Source: Amphiscolops sp. MND2022 (lineage: Eukaryota). From it: a stretch of 64,000 bases of DNA. The stretch spans positions 10,666,001 to 10,730,000 of the forward strand of contig OZ076409.1 in assembly GCA_964187785.1 (NCBI GenBank). Reading direction: 5' to 3'. Positions 17,101-28,469 of this stretch are shown here, piece after piece (within the stretch, counting starts at the first letter, position 1; each line of letters begins with the position of its first letter). Under the pieces are notes generated by a model that was not told the DNA's origin, did no database searches, and saw only the letters and a list, made by a program, of their open reading frames with translations. Made by a program: the position numbers and the translations under genes.

Positions 17101-18626
17101 GGTAATTCGTCGTTCGCGGTTTGGAATTCTGCAGCTGATTCTCCCAAAGTTGCATTTGCTGTTTGGAAGGTGCTGGTGACTTCAGTTAGCACGTTTGTGC
17201 GTGTGGGCTCTCGCAGGTCGCTGATACCCATGCTTGAAGTGTCGATAGTTATCATCTCGCATGTTGGTTCTTTCTTGTGAGTTTTGGTCGTGGGTGGAAT
17301 ATTTTTTGTTGATACCGCGGATGGGATAAATTTCGTCGATGTTGACGCAGCTTCTCCATTTGAGACCAGAGTTTGTGGCAGGGGCGCGTACCTGGCCAAA
17401 TGTTGTTTAGAGCCAGATGGGTTTGTTGAAATCGTCACACTCTCTTTTGGCTTGAGGGAGACGCTTTTCATGGGTTTTGGCAGTGATATATCAGTGTCTT
17501 GCAGCAACTCTTTGATGGTGTTGCTTACTGGTGCGGGTTGAGGTTGGATATTCTTCAACATAGTGCCCATTGCTTGTATTTGTGAACATACCTCTTGCAG
17601 TTGAGCTTCCATGCGTACCTCTCTTTCGGTCACCATGTCCTTTATTTCGGCCATTCGATAACCCATGGCATCCATTCGGGCTGCCTGAATTTCATGTCCT
17701 TGCGCTTGTCGCTCAGTCGATGTTCGCAGTTCAGTTTGTACGGCTTCTATCTCCTCCATTATTGACTGATGCTCTCTATCGCACCTTGCTTTACGCTCAA
17801 ACAGTTGTGAAGCAGCTTGCTTCACGCCTATCTGGGCATCTAATAGAGCTTTGCGTGCTTTCGCTGCTTCATGTACGGCTCGATATGCTGAAGATCGGGC
17901 AGATGCAGCTTTTGATGAGGGTGAGGATGAGCGCGAGTCGCCATGAGGTCCGGTAGTACCAGTCTGTGCTAGTAGAGCTGGAGGCCGTACTTGCTTACCC
18001 TTCCCAGATGCTCGGGGGGCCGTAGCTTCTCGAAGACGTGTCCTGGCATAGTTCATACCCCCAACATAAGACATTTGTTGTAATATCTCTGCCGTGTTTG
18101 CAGTGCTCTCGCTGGCCATGCTGGGAGCTTTGAGTCGTCCAGTGGCATTCAAGCAACTCATTTCAGTTTCTTCCTCAGCGTTTGTCCTGTTGGAGTTGGG
18201 CCATGTTCCTGCTTCGTCAGTACCGAAAGGTGTAACGGCTACTTTGGTCAGTTCTTGTAACCATTTGGACGTGTGCGCCTGACTTCCTGTTTCGTCTGCT
18301 GAACCTCCGATATCATCGGTAGCCTTGGCGATTGGCTTAGCCTGATACTCCTCCGATGCGTCGTCTGACATAGGGTCTGAAAAATCGGGTTCCATAACGA
18401 AACTGTCGTCAGTTGGCCAATCTTCCTCCCTGGGGTCTGAGGTCAGGTCTGATATTGCACTGAGATTTGTCTCGCACCCCGTTGGGTCTGGTGTCTTTGA
18501 TGCTTCAGTGCATCGCGAGGTGTCCTTCCTCCCCCCTTTTGAATGATTAGAGCGGCGCTGGGTGTTCGTGCGGCTTAATGTTCTCGTTATAGAAATCCAA
18601 AGGTTACGCAAACTGTTGGGTTTCAT
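14106..18626 (-). CDS. Gag (coiled coil, capsid, 2 CCHC knuckles), pseudo-protease, protease, dUTPase-like domain and RT N-terminus
   Basis: CFNCGLPGHFAREC and CVNCGMTEHSASQC; LIDTGSGVS...FLLGRNFL; SPWASGIVMVKKKSGELRFCCDFRPLN. Confidence 0.92.
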   Translation of the reverse strand: MKPNSLRNLWISITRTLSRTNTQRRSNHSKGGRKDTSRCTEASKTPDPTGCETNLSAISDLTSDPREEDWPTDDSFVMEPDFSDPMSDDASEEYQAKPIAKATDDIGGSADETGSQAHTSKWLQELTKVAVTPFGTDEAGTWPNSNRTNAEEETEMSCLNATGRLKAPSMASESTANTAEILQQMSYVGGMNYARTRLREATAPRASGKGKQVRPPALLAQTGTTGPHGDSRSSSPSSKAASARSSAYRAVHEAAKARKALLDAQIGVKQAASQLFERKARCDREHQSIMEEIEAVQTELRTSTERQAQGHEIQAARMDAMGYRMAEIKDMVTEREVRMEAQLQEVCSQIQAMGTMLKNIQPQPAPVSNTIKELLQDTDISLPKPMKSVSLKPKESVTISTNPSGSKQHLARYAPLPQTLVSNGEAASTSTKFIPSAVSTKNIPPTTKTHKKEPTCEMITIDTSSMGISDLREPTRTNVLTEVTSTFQTANATLGESAAEFQTANDELPPGNPCASSTRRREVTLPENTDDSVNSTRGSSIPPPAISEEAPISPEQLRFTEAISKAMSKELAPLIANRDQTRVRPTVYKGTKDGSVDGWLPVMKRFLERVHAKSPKIDRAWAIIDHLEGEARNYIINKSEPERDEPDKVFSLLASRFGTGGNRMHVRQTFMSRVQQEKEDWMQFLDALEGLRTQGFPDEPITTRRYEILQRFIDGINDPTLRQELAVVYAAEAYLTEPPTVESLRFTTRQLQRHRPNTSKPYDPRYAMRSRPHPFVPGKLVHPAPGLPQNVLPPNQGQRETKPQMAPPGPVSVKQAPAQQQPARVIPQGACFNCGLPGHFARECPSRDLARKPAARAAPEERVNLCENNVASACSGPVFCVNCGMTEHSASQCQNVPVHEDLAYSLWAEQPSTSQTMSDSEMVLMLRPAEAAHVTTPLTVTCGKIQIQTNPEPTTFDPSGRTIMSVRLLLAIERETRPELTIDALIDEITANENCRQLTLPQPEEWQVKGVTSTYHAYSPIPVKVCIDGDDMRFGATIITDAFPPGICLGPQELRCYNIDAQEPTGEARIDERASLVVSFVVPDAAPVPLRGLIDTGSGVSILTFSAYNRVAVRTGTLLRPYGIDLYAANGKTIKTFGLAEKVKFQLGGYELETNFVVVDDAMGVEDFLLGRNFLRAYQVLVDLTAMKVIVRAPSEPVWYHVHTQVSNESLNSSVAIAQDVVLQPFERAILRAKLLVDNLEPFMFRTVLINFLTPNRMFKNAIFLEDTVATVGETGFLYVSLGNLTSNVQRIKKGTLLGTAVPVTMVHKAIPQIVPGQSSETQQSNANYVCKVYEQMNLDSSSEYSSSSEFEFLSSTEPSELGLSEREVKKRTDPALMAPIPGPEAQLDEVRGLWGSTASDTLSKLLNEFDDLFMKFKADIGKCKIAKHSVEVEPGAVPHREGARRMSPDKAERANQEVRDLLALGMIQPSLSPWASGIVMVKKKSGELRFCCDFRPLNEVTIKDA

Positions 18627-20979
18627 GACTTCGCACGTCTCGAAAAAGTCAAAAATCGATCTAGGGGTCGTACCGGCGTGAAACTTACACAGCGCGTTGA
18701 TACCGTGGTGTGGGGCCGGAAACCGTGCGTTTGGGGCTTACGGAATAGCTGATTCGCAAACAATTGGGTTTTTAGACAATTTTTGAGTTTTTTATATTTC
18801 TTTATGAATGACTAAGATGCCTCGAACGCAACGTCTAATCGTCGGAAACACTTGAAAATTGGCCACCTGACCTTGTGGTAGGTGTACTACACGATAGCAA
18901 AATTAAATTTAAGCTAAGGTTTTTATTTCAAGATTCAGGCTGATCCGGACGTTCGGTACCCTTAGTCATCAAGATACGTCAATTTTCATGCTTACTTCAA
19001 GATTATTCTCCATTGAAAAAAGCTAGCGGGCTCAAAATTTACAAAACAACGTAATATCTGGTACAAATGATAGAAATGAACTGCAATTCAACCTCGTTTT
19101 TCAATTAAGGTACTCGGATCACTCAGGAAAAATTTGAAAAATTACCCTCTATGCCCAACTTTTTGAGTGGTACGTTTTTTCTATTTTCTCATCAAGTACC
19201 GGTTGAATAGATACGAAACTTTGTGGTTACAGCCGATGAGTGTGTACAATGCCGGTGAAACCATCAAAAGAAAGGGCGGACGCTTATTTGAGGTTTCGAC
19301 CTTACTTGGACAACACTCATAAAGAAAAACAATTTTGGACTACTTTTTTTTACAAATTGGCTAAGAGGGTCACCTCAAAAAGTGATAGGGCTGAAAAAAT
19401 GGGATTTACGTGTTGCCCCACTACTCGTAGTACTAGGATGAACCCTCGATTAGGTGTGCCCGTTAAACACGAGGCACCGACAGTCCTTCAGTTTTGGATT
19501 ATTTCGGCAGTTTTACAGTCCTCTGAAGTTGAAACGTTAGAGAACTTTTCTCGATTTTGGTGAAAGTTACGTCCACCAAATTTTCGGCACTAGCGTTATT
19601 TTTAGTGGTGGTTATGAAAGTGCAACCACCTTTTGGCTAAGGTCCAAGAATTAATGACCCGACCTTAGCTCAGAGACAGTCCGGATTTTAGGAAAATGGA
19701 GGTTTTTCAGTGCATTTTTCTACTTTTCTCAGCACTGAAAAGGAATTTTGGGATGCGGTCTTTACTGTAGATCGTTAAATTTACCGAATAAACTGAAAAT
19801 GATAGCCCGGGGGCTATTCTAAGCGTAAAAGTGTTCGTCAATAGTCAAGTTGGGTTTCTTCTAAGAATACTATAGAAAAACCTCAAAATCACAGTTTTCG
19901 TAATTTTCTTTAAGAAGCAGTGGTTATAATTACCAAAATGGGTATTGTTGGGTACCGGCAGGTGTACCCCAACCTAATTGCAACCATACGGGGGTGTTTA
20001 AAAGCTTCCATACAAATTCCCCCACAAGTTCAAAGTGCTAAAGTGTTCAGTTTTTCAAAAACGGGGTTTTTTCCTCACAAAACCTATACTAAGTGCCTTT
20101 TCGGGCAACTTTGAGTACTTCGTCGCGTTTTTTGCGAACTCGTTAGAGTCCCGAGCTACTTTTATTTAATTTCTGCAGGTGTGTGGCTATCACCAAGAGC
20201 GCTCGCGCTCATGTAGGTGTTTCGCCTCAAAATGGCCAAATTTGGCACTTTTCGTCGAAAATACATGAAAAAACGCACTTTTTTCGCACAAATAGGTGCA
20301 AAAGCACACACATAGTTGCAGAAGGCTCGTAAAAACATTGGCAAATGGTCGTATACAAAATTTTGAGCGACCCAAAAAATTTTTTCAACCTGACTCAAAA
20401 ATATCATACAACCCGGACTGACGAGTCGTGTCTTCTCGTTCTTTTTGCTCATCATCCAGAACAGCCAGAGACAAACAGGTTGCACCATTAGACACGTCAG
20501 CATTTGTAGTACGTCTCCACCAAATTTCATTTCTCTAGGTTGCTTGTGCGGGAAATGGGATCGGTGAGTCGTATAACTCGTTTCGGCAGATTGTAAGATT
20601 CCTCTGAGCAAGGATCATCCTCTTCTCAACACTCACTTCATTGGTCATAAAAAGCTGAAAAAGGCTGGAAAACACCTGTTAACACTTCTAGCAGCCTCCC
20701 AGCGGCTTGCTAGACCAATTTTATGAGTGACCCGTTAAGAGGGTAGGCTATTTCGATCGTTACCTGTCAACTACTAAAAAAGCATCAAAATCACAATATA
20801 CAACGCTTTTTTACAAGATTTACCTTTATCCACCGGGGTTGAAGTCTTCAATAACACACAGGGTAAAAATATGGAAAAACTCTGCTTCTCTCTTCTTTCC
20901 ATCAGAGTCGGGTCGTACTTGGCGTCAATCACCAGAGGGTCGGCTATTTTAAAACCATTAAGGGAAGCACTTCGAAGCG

Positions 20980-20997
20980 ATCCCTCTGTGGTCGCCA
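20980..20997 (-). promoter_or_regulatory. Primer-binding site, probably tRNA-Arg
   Basis: Minus strand TGGCGACCACAGAGGGAT, complementary to a tRNA 3' end ...ATCCCTCTGTGGTCGCCA, which resembles metazoan tRNA-Arg ends; begins 16 nt from the LTR. Confidence 0.75.
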
Positions 20998-21013
20998 AAA
21001 AATGATGTCTCTA

Positions 21014-21747
21014 TGTAACGACAAGCTCTCACCATTGTCGCCGTAACCATAAGAGTTAGAGGAACACATGATATGGGTATTTGCCCGGGACAGGCGCCCA
21101 TGACCATGAGCTCATTTTGCCTCTTTCGGGTAAAAACTGTCCCGTCAGAGGAGGATTCCGCTTCTTGTGAAGTGCTCGCCGGCCTGATCCAGTCTGTAAT
21201 TGCTATCAGTAGTGCGCATTACGCTTTTTCTTCGAAACCAACACTTAGACAGCCTTTAAAAAATGCATATGGTGGAAAGGAAAAATCAAGTTTTATCGAA
21301 GTTACACAGGAGATCGAAATGAGTAGCTCACGAGCTGTTACAACAAGAAAATACGAAAATTACTACATAATTAGCACTTTTGAGGCAGCAATTAGCCGGG
21401 GACACAAGCACGGATGCTTGGTCAAGCTAATTGACTCATTTTTGGTAATCACAGCGTCTTGTAACGCTTCGCTGAAGAAAGCACTGGTTGGAAGAAAGTT
21501 CAGTCCGTTTTGGCAGAAATTTGAGTCTTTTTCTGACAGTGGCCGTATTTTTCTGCAATTTTCTTGTTCGGTTGGGGTCTCTCTCGAGTCTTCTGCTCAA
21601 TTTCTCTTCAATTCTGTGGGCAGGTACTTGAATAAAGACACGCTGCCATCTAGCGGAATATGACTCTTTAGTAGAGGAGATATAGTCCCTTGAACGAAAT
21701 TTTCATCGAAATTTTCGAAATCGTGCACTCGATAGGTAATCGCTACA
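21014..21747 (-). repeat. 5' LTR of the giant Gypsy element
   Basis: Direct repeat of 2518-3251; lies beside the PBS and upstream of gag on the minus strand. Confidence 0.97.
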
Positions 21748-22030
21748 AGACACATACCGGTAAAGTGGATTTCAGTCACGCAGCGTAATCTGTTTATTCC
21801 GTAAAATGGTCAATCAACGTAAGTCAGTCAAGACGGTCTATGCCTGGACGGTGTAGCTGTGTCAACGCGCGTGCGTAATGGAAAATAGTGTAAATTAGTC
21901 AAGGCGCGTAGTTAGTTTAAAGTGGAAGTCCAAAAATACATTTTTCCGTAATTCAGTCAAATTTTGATTAACTTCCACTTCCACTTATTGCAAGTATAGC
22001 GATCTGCAATTCTCATGATAAGAAGTTGAA

Positions 22031-22551
22031 AGCGGCAGGTCTATGAATGCAAAGAACTCCCACTAATCGAAGAAGTCCCACACAACTCGAAGGGTGCCAT
22101 ACAACAGTCTATGCAAATACTCGCTAACCTCAAGGTGCAAGGTAAACCTCAGTTTAGGAGCTACGCCGTGGCTCTGAACACTACGAAATTACCAGATATG
22201 AATCTGAACAATTTGCAGACAGCCAACACGAGTCTTGTATGTGGACAATTTCTAGAAGGAGGCGAAACATCAAGTCAAATGGCGGAAACAGCCAGCGGCA
22301 GCTCTGTAAAAACGGTTCCACGAGATAAACGGCTGGTCTCTCTCCCAGTTCAAGTAGCCGAGAGTGTGGAGATGAGTGAAATTATGCAACTGGATGGAAC
22401 GCTACAAAATTCTGCAGTCATGACAACCCTTAGAAAAAAGTCAGATCAAAATTCAGGAGCTATATCTCGAATTGATACAGATGCAATAGAATCTGCACTA
22501 TACGAATTGTCGCGTTTGGACCCACCGAACTCACCCCTACAGAAACCATGA
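22031..22551 (+). other. Possible coding segment (host exon or relic), unassigned
   Basis: ~170 open codons with protein-like composition, but I could not splice it in phase to the downstream exons. Confidence 0.25.
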
Positions 22552-23679
22552 TGCCTTACCTGGACAGTTCACAGTCCTAAAGACAATGAGCCCCAGAAGC
22601 ACTATATTTTTCCTGAATAAACTAAGTCAACAAAGCGAAACTAGAAATATGGTGCTACCCAAGTGCATTTTTTAGGCAAAATAGTTGAAGATTTAACAAT
22701 CATTAAAGTGTTTTTGAATTATTTTGTGTTATTCACTTTGTTGTTAATATGTTAACTACCTGGTAGGTAGGCCCCAGCTTGGTACTTATCCCACCATCCT
22801 AAGAAGTGCAATTTAGTATTACAGCTAATCACAACTTTTTTTTTGTTTCCACAAATTTGCAATGAGCCTAAAATTTTAACCAAAGATTGCTAGAGCACTA
22901 GTTTCAAACTAAATTGAAAACCTCTGGTGGCAAAACGATCACAACGTGCTTCAAAAATTGGTGCGGAGGTAAAAATATGAGAACATATTTGAAAAGATTA
23001 TGAATATCAAGTTTCTATATTGCCAGTTTTTCATATTGTAGTTTTTCATATAGGTTCTATAGTGCCATTTTCATATTACAACCCGTTTCTAGCGAGGAAT
23101 CTAAGACAGCCTGATAGGCATGAATAAAACTTGTCCTCCTTTTGGGCAGCAAGTTTCCATTTGATTCTTCAAATGCGAAGATGAGGAAACAGTACCCTTC
23201 GATGATGACAACCAAGACGTAAACGTCCCTCTTCGTTTGCCGAGGACGACAAACTAACGACCCCGGACAGTGATGAAGCGTCCACCAGGTTGATGACAAA
23301 ACGACCACTGCGTGAAATTCATCAAAAATTCGAATTGCCGGACAAACGGAAAATGACCGACTTAGCATGAACATAGAATCAGTATAGAAGTTGTAAAAAA
23401 GAAGATAGACACAGAGACAAACTCAACCACGCGGAACATCACACGCCCCTGTGTTGCGCCAACTCACGTTCGAAAACGTAAAAGGAAGTCCAGAACCGTG
23501 ACATCAAGAGAGAATACACCCGAAAATGTCAAAAATAATTGTTTTTGACAGAAAATTCCAAAACTATGTCTTGTACAATTTTTGGTTTGGAATGTCCCGC
23601 GAGCCAAAGTCTAGGTGAATCAGCTAATAAAATGTATTTCACCTAATGGCCATTTTGGAACCTCGGGAGTATGTAGGAA

Positions 23680-26282
23680 GTCTCGCATAGGCTAGAAACC
23701 GTTTTTCGTGCCTGTTGGGTGTATCTGAACGTTGTGTGTGCCAGCACGTTCCCTCGGATCTCAAAAATGAGGAGTCTTCTTGACGTTAGAAAGGTCCCCT
23801 AAGAGACCGTTTTTGGGAGAACTTTGATGTTTAGGAATGTAGATAGACTGGTCACCTTTCCAAGCACCCTGAGCTTTTCCACAGCTCTAGTGTGTACTCC
23901 TTTGCTTGAAGTGACAGCCTAAAGTTTCAGGAACTCCCGGAAAACAAATAAATGGAATGACTTTTCTAAACTTTAGTTACTTTTAGAGAATCGCTAGGAA
24001 CCTGAACATTTTGAGACTTTCTTGCATCCCAGTTTTCAATCTTTCAGCATTGGTTTCAAACGTTAACGAGGCGATTATGTTGCTTACAATAATGTCCATC
24101 ATCTATGGCACTTGCAGCCTGAGTCTTTGGGGAAAAATTTGATCCAAGGATTCGCCTTCTTATGAGGACATTTCCTTGCTTACAGAAATCCCAAAAAACA
24201 ATCCGTTGAACAATTGAGCATTTTTTGAGACTTTATCGACTATGTACAATTACTAGAAATTTCGTCATCGACAGAAATATCGTCGACACAAATTTCGTCG
24301 TCAGTGATTACGTTCTATAGAACGTTGAATTTCACCTTTTGTATCAGGAATCGTCTATTATTGTTGTACTTACTTCCCATGTTGAGCACTCCCTACGATT
24401 CTGTACAGATCTGTACAGATCCTGGCCGATATTCAGGTTTTGTCGAAAACTGACTAGTCAAAAATACAAATTCGAAATAGAAATTGGTTGATTAAAATTT
24501 GCTCTATAAGATAAACACGCCTCTTAATTGAAGTTTCAATTAAATTTCTGTGCCAATCTGTACAGATCCTGACAAATATTCCAGGATTTGTCAAAAATTA
24601 ACTATACGAAAATGACCAATATATTACTTTATTGTATTCCAAGTTTCTCGAAATTAGTAAAACTACTCCACCACACCATGTTCCCGAAATATTGCAACGG
24701 CAGCATTTTATCAACATCTTTACCAACGCAGACGGTAGCCACGTGTCAAATTTCATTCGTCAGTCGCCAGAATTAAGTCAATATGGCAAACTAACTTCTC
24801 CAATTGAACAATCACTTCAGGAAAGTTCAAGTGAAATGGATAAATTACCGTGTATGAGCAATACAATACATTCCCCAGACAAAAATTACCGTGATTGGGA
24901 CAAGCGTTGCTGCTGGAGAATTTTGAGTGATGGAAAGTTTCAACTGACTGAGACTTGGTCAGCTAAAATACTTTGGTCTTTGGCCTTGGTCTCGCATAGG
25001 CTAGAAACCGTTTTTCGTGCCTGTTGGGTGTATCTGAACGTTGTGTGTGCCAGCACGTTCCCTCGGATCTCAAAAATGAGGAGTCTTCTTGACGTTAGAA
25101 AGGTCCCCTAAGAGACCGTTTTTGGGAGAACTTTGATGTTTAGGAATGTAGATAGACTGGTCACCTTTCCAAGCACCCTGAGCTTTTCCACAGCTCTAGT
25201 GTGTACTCCTTTGCTTGAAGTGACAGCCTAAAGTTTCAGGAACTCCCGGAAAACAAATAAATGGAATGACTTTTCTAAACTTTAGTTACTTTTAGAGAAT
25301 CGCTAGGAACCTGAACATTTTGAGACTTTCTTGCATCCCAGTTTTCAATCTTTCAGCATTGGTTTCAAACGTTAACGAGGCTATTATGTTGCTTACAATA
25401 ATGTCCATCATCTATGGCACTTGCAGCCTGAGTCTTTGGGGAAAAATTTGATCCAAGGATTCGCCTTCTTATGAGGACATTTCCTTGCTTACAGAAATCC
25501 CAAAAAACAATCCGTTGAACAATTGAGCATTTTTTGAGACTTTATCGACTATGTACAATTACTAGAAATTTCGTCATCGACAGAAATATCGTCGACACAA
25601 ATTTCGTCGTCAGTGATTACGTTCTATAGAACGTTGAATTTCACCTTTTGTATCAGGAATCGTCTATTATTGTTGTACTTACTTCCCATGTTGAGCACTC
25701 CCTACGATTCTGTACAGATCTGTACAGATCCTGGCCGATATTCAGGTTTTGTCGAAAACTGACTAGTCAAAAATACAAATTCGAAATAGAAATTGGTTGA
25801 TTAAAATTTGCTCTATAAGATAAACACGCCTCTTAATTGAAGTTTCAATTAAATTTCTGTGCCAATCTGTACAGATCCTGACAAATATTCCAGGATTTGT
25901 CAAAAATTAACTATACGAAAATGACCAATATATTACTTTATTGTATTCCAAGTTTCTCGAAATTAGTAAAACTACTCCACCACACCATGTTCCCGAAATA
26001 TTGCAACGGCAGCATTTTATCAACATCTTTACCAACGCAGACGGTGGCCACGTGTCAAATTTCATTCGTCAGTCGCCAGAATTAAGTCAATATGGCAAAC
26101 TAACTTCTCCAATTGAACAATCACTTCAGGAAAGTTCAAGTGAAATGGATAAATTACCGTGTATGAGCAATACAATACATTCCCCAGACAAAAATTACCG
26201 TGATTGGGACAAGCGTTGCTGCTGGAGAATTTTGAATGATGGAAAATTTCAACTGACTGAGACTTGGTCAGCTAAAATACTT
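23680..26282. repeat. Recent tandem duplication of 1294 bp (23680-24973 and 24989-26282) with a 15-bp junction insert
   Basis: Near-identical copies at offset 1309; the duplicated ORFs at 24588 and 25897 are identical. Confidence 0.93.
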
Positions 26283-26505
26283 GAAGAAGTAGTTGAAGAA
26301 GCGCAAAAATGCAATACATTTTTCCCCTAGAAGCTTCGTGATAAAATATTCCTGAAAAATCCGTACAGAAAAGCTTTGAACATCTGTAAAGATCCTTACA
26401 GATCTGCAGTTGTCCTTACGTAGCAGTGGCTTTTACAGATCCTCAAGGACGGGAAAAAGCTCAGAGATCTGTACAGATTCTCAACCAAGAAAAACTCAAC
26501 ATGGG
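25685..26505 (+). mobile_element. Non-autonomous TIR element, CCC...GGG termini (CACTA/EnSpm-like), 821 bp
   Basis: TIR CCCATGTTGAG/CTCAACATGGG; TT on both flanks; subterminal TGTACAGATC repeats; truncated duplicate starts at 24376. Confidence 0.8.
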
Positions 26506-26707
26506 TTATCTTGATAATTATCGTTAATTGTGCAATAATTGCTATCATCGATTACTTTCGATTATGGTTTTTGGTTTTCAGCCAAAAAGTTTTGCAAACA
26601 AAAGTTCACCTATTCATTATTCTACGCCAAAATTTCCGGATTTGCTAATACGAGAAAATTTCTCGTGACGAAATTTCCGCTTCCCCTATGTACGACTTAT
26701 TTTACAG

Positions 26708-26907
26708 GAATAGTGGTTTTAACGAAATGAACACAGTTCTTCAGTCAGACGAAACCCAGAGTACCAACCAAACATCCGAGGCACCAACAAAAGACAGTGA
26801 AGGAGCGAAAACAGCTGCTACCAAAAATTTGCAGATTTTCCCATTCCCAACAGCAGCACAACTCAACCCATACAGTGCAGCCGTCAGAAAAAGCACCAAA
26901 CTGGCAG
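26708..26907 (+). CDS. Host gene internal exon A (unidentified protein)
   Basis: ttttacAG acceptor, GTTAAT donor, open frame NSGFNEM...STKLA, phase 2 to 1. Confidence 0.65.
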
Positions 26908-27534
26908 GTTAATAATTTTCATTGCTGTGACAGTAAACTGGATTTTATGGAATCATTTCGAAGATTTTTGCCGAAGCAAGTACCCTCATTCAATCAAAGA
27001 AACGGATGAAACTGATACAAACGTCAATGGGAACCTCCGAAGTTTTTGTCGCCATGCTTATTGTAGTTTATACCATGAATGGGGTCGATATATATTTATA
27101 CCATAATCTTCTAGGGTCGATTTCCATTTCCTCATATAAATTGAAACATTTTCTTCATCTTTGAAAACTTTGAAAACAGTTTTATTCATCTTGGCAATTC
27201 TTCTAGGAGCTGAGGGGTCCCCGGAAAGTGAGAGTTAGTGTTTTGAATAATTAATTAGAGTGTTTCAGGTAGGAGAAAGTATTTACTATATGTAAGAAGA
27301 AGTTTAGCATAGTTGAAGATATACTCAAAATAGCGAAAAGAAATGATGGAGGTTCTGGTTGAACGTGTTTACGGTTCGCTTGTTCTCTCAGTTGTCTTCT
27401 GGGTCCACTTCCAGTGCTACAGAGGCTTTCTCATCGTATGCGTGTTGTCTGTGATTGGCTGCCACATCTGATTACTCCACGTCTGTCCTGTGAATACTTG
27501 AACGAAATTTTGTACATGATTCTTGAATCATGAC

Positions 27535-27900
27535 AAGAGCTTACTATTGTATCAGGTATCAGGTTCCAATCTCTCTCAACTCACCGTTGTTGGGTCTTAA
27601 GCAAGCCTTTCATCCCTAGCTTAGTGGTATGGTCATGACAAAGAATCACGCATTTGGTGGAGAAAAGCATAAATGAAAAGAGCAACGGTGAGCAGTCAGA
27701 CCTTTGTGACCTTGAGCAAGTCACTTTGAAATCACAGCTTCAAGTCCATCATTGCTTGACCACTTGGCTGCAAATATGGTACCATAGCTTGCTATGGGGA
27801 GATAGTATCCGAAAGGGCGCGGACATAAAAAAGCAGAACTGCTTATTCGGCGTCCACCCCGCGGAATTGGGGAAATTAACTTCTCTCTCTCCATCAATGA
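27535..27900 (+). repeat. Dispersed SINE-like repeat (inverted copy at ~48230-48553)
   Basis: Clear similarity to the reverse complement of 48230-48553; B-box-like GGTTC(C/G)AATC near the 5' end. Confidence 0.55.
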
Positions 27901-27938
27901 CCGAATAATAACCCATAAGTGGTCGAGTCTACGATCAT

Positions 27939-28146
27939 TGTTAAAGGACACTACTAGCTATTCTGCTAAATACTGATGAATGGTAAATGATGACAAGAAT
28001 GTATTGCTGAACTGTACTTAGACCTTGTGGTGAATGATCTGATTTTGAATATACTTTAGTTCGATTCTTGTTTACAAATATATAATAAAGTTTAGACAAC
28101 ATTTAGTCTTTTCAAGACAGAGAGGTTAACTTAGCTCTCTCTCACA
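27939..28146 (-). repeat. 3' LTR of the Mag-like element
   Basis: TGTTAAAGG...CTCTCACA; direct repeat of 33227-33434. Confidence 0.93.
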
Positions 28147-28469
28147 TCCCTTTGATTAATATTAAACTCCATGGATGGATGTGGGTTTTTTACTTTAACA
28201 GAAAGGTTGCCTTAACGAGGCTAACGTATGACAAAACAAAATTTTGTTGCGTTAATGTATAAATCTTGCAACAAGGTAGCAAGATGAACTTGAGGTTAAC
28301 GAAAGTAGATAAGGCTAGTTGGTACTAGTTAAAATTGTTAGTTTTGTTTCATTTGGGTTTTCAATGTTTTGGGTCACTTTCTTCTTCCCCCGTTGTTCTG
28401 CTGATTCGGGTGACCATTACGTTTTGACCGTAAAAGTGTTCGTTGACGACTGCGTCCTCCTCTTCTTGG

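Larger units (their letters stand above)
8859..18626 (-). pseudogene. gag-pol: Single-frame Gag-Pol polyprotein (~3255 aa) with two in-frame stops
   Basis: ORFs 14106-18626, 13329-14102 and 8859-13268 share one frame; stops fall in conserved motifs KDA*PLPRID (Tyr expected) and RKL*PIVFGS (Arg expected). Confidence 0.92.
2518..21747 (-). mobile_element. Giant (19,230 bp) Ty3/Gypsy LTR retrotransposon with gag-pol and an extra ORF3
   Basis: Two 734-bp direct repeats with TG...CA ends; PR-RT-RH-IN order on the minus strand; tRNA-type PBS next to the right LTR; internal region visibly more GC-rich than the flanks. Confidence 0.97.

Noticed and set aside
4441..18282. Many 60-170-aa ORFs overlapping gag-pol and ORF3
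   Set aside because: Shadow frames of long GC-richer coding sequence, with no motifs.
19240..20998. Leader ORFs (107, 149 and 74 aa) as an extra upstream gene
   Set aside because: Non-ATG starts and no motifs; compatible with chance in a 2.4-kb leader.
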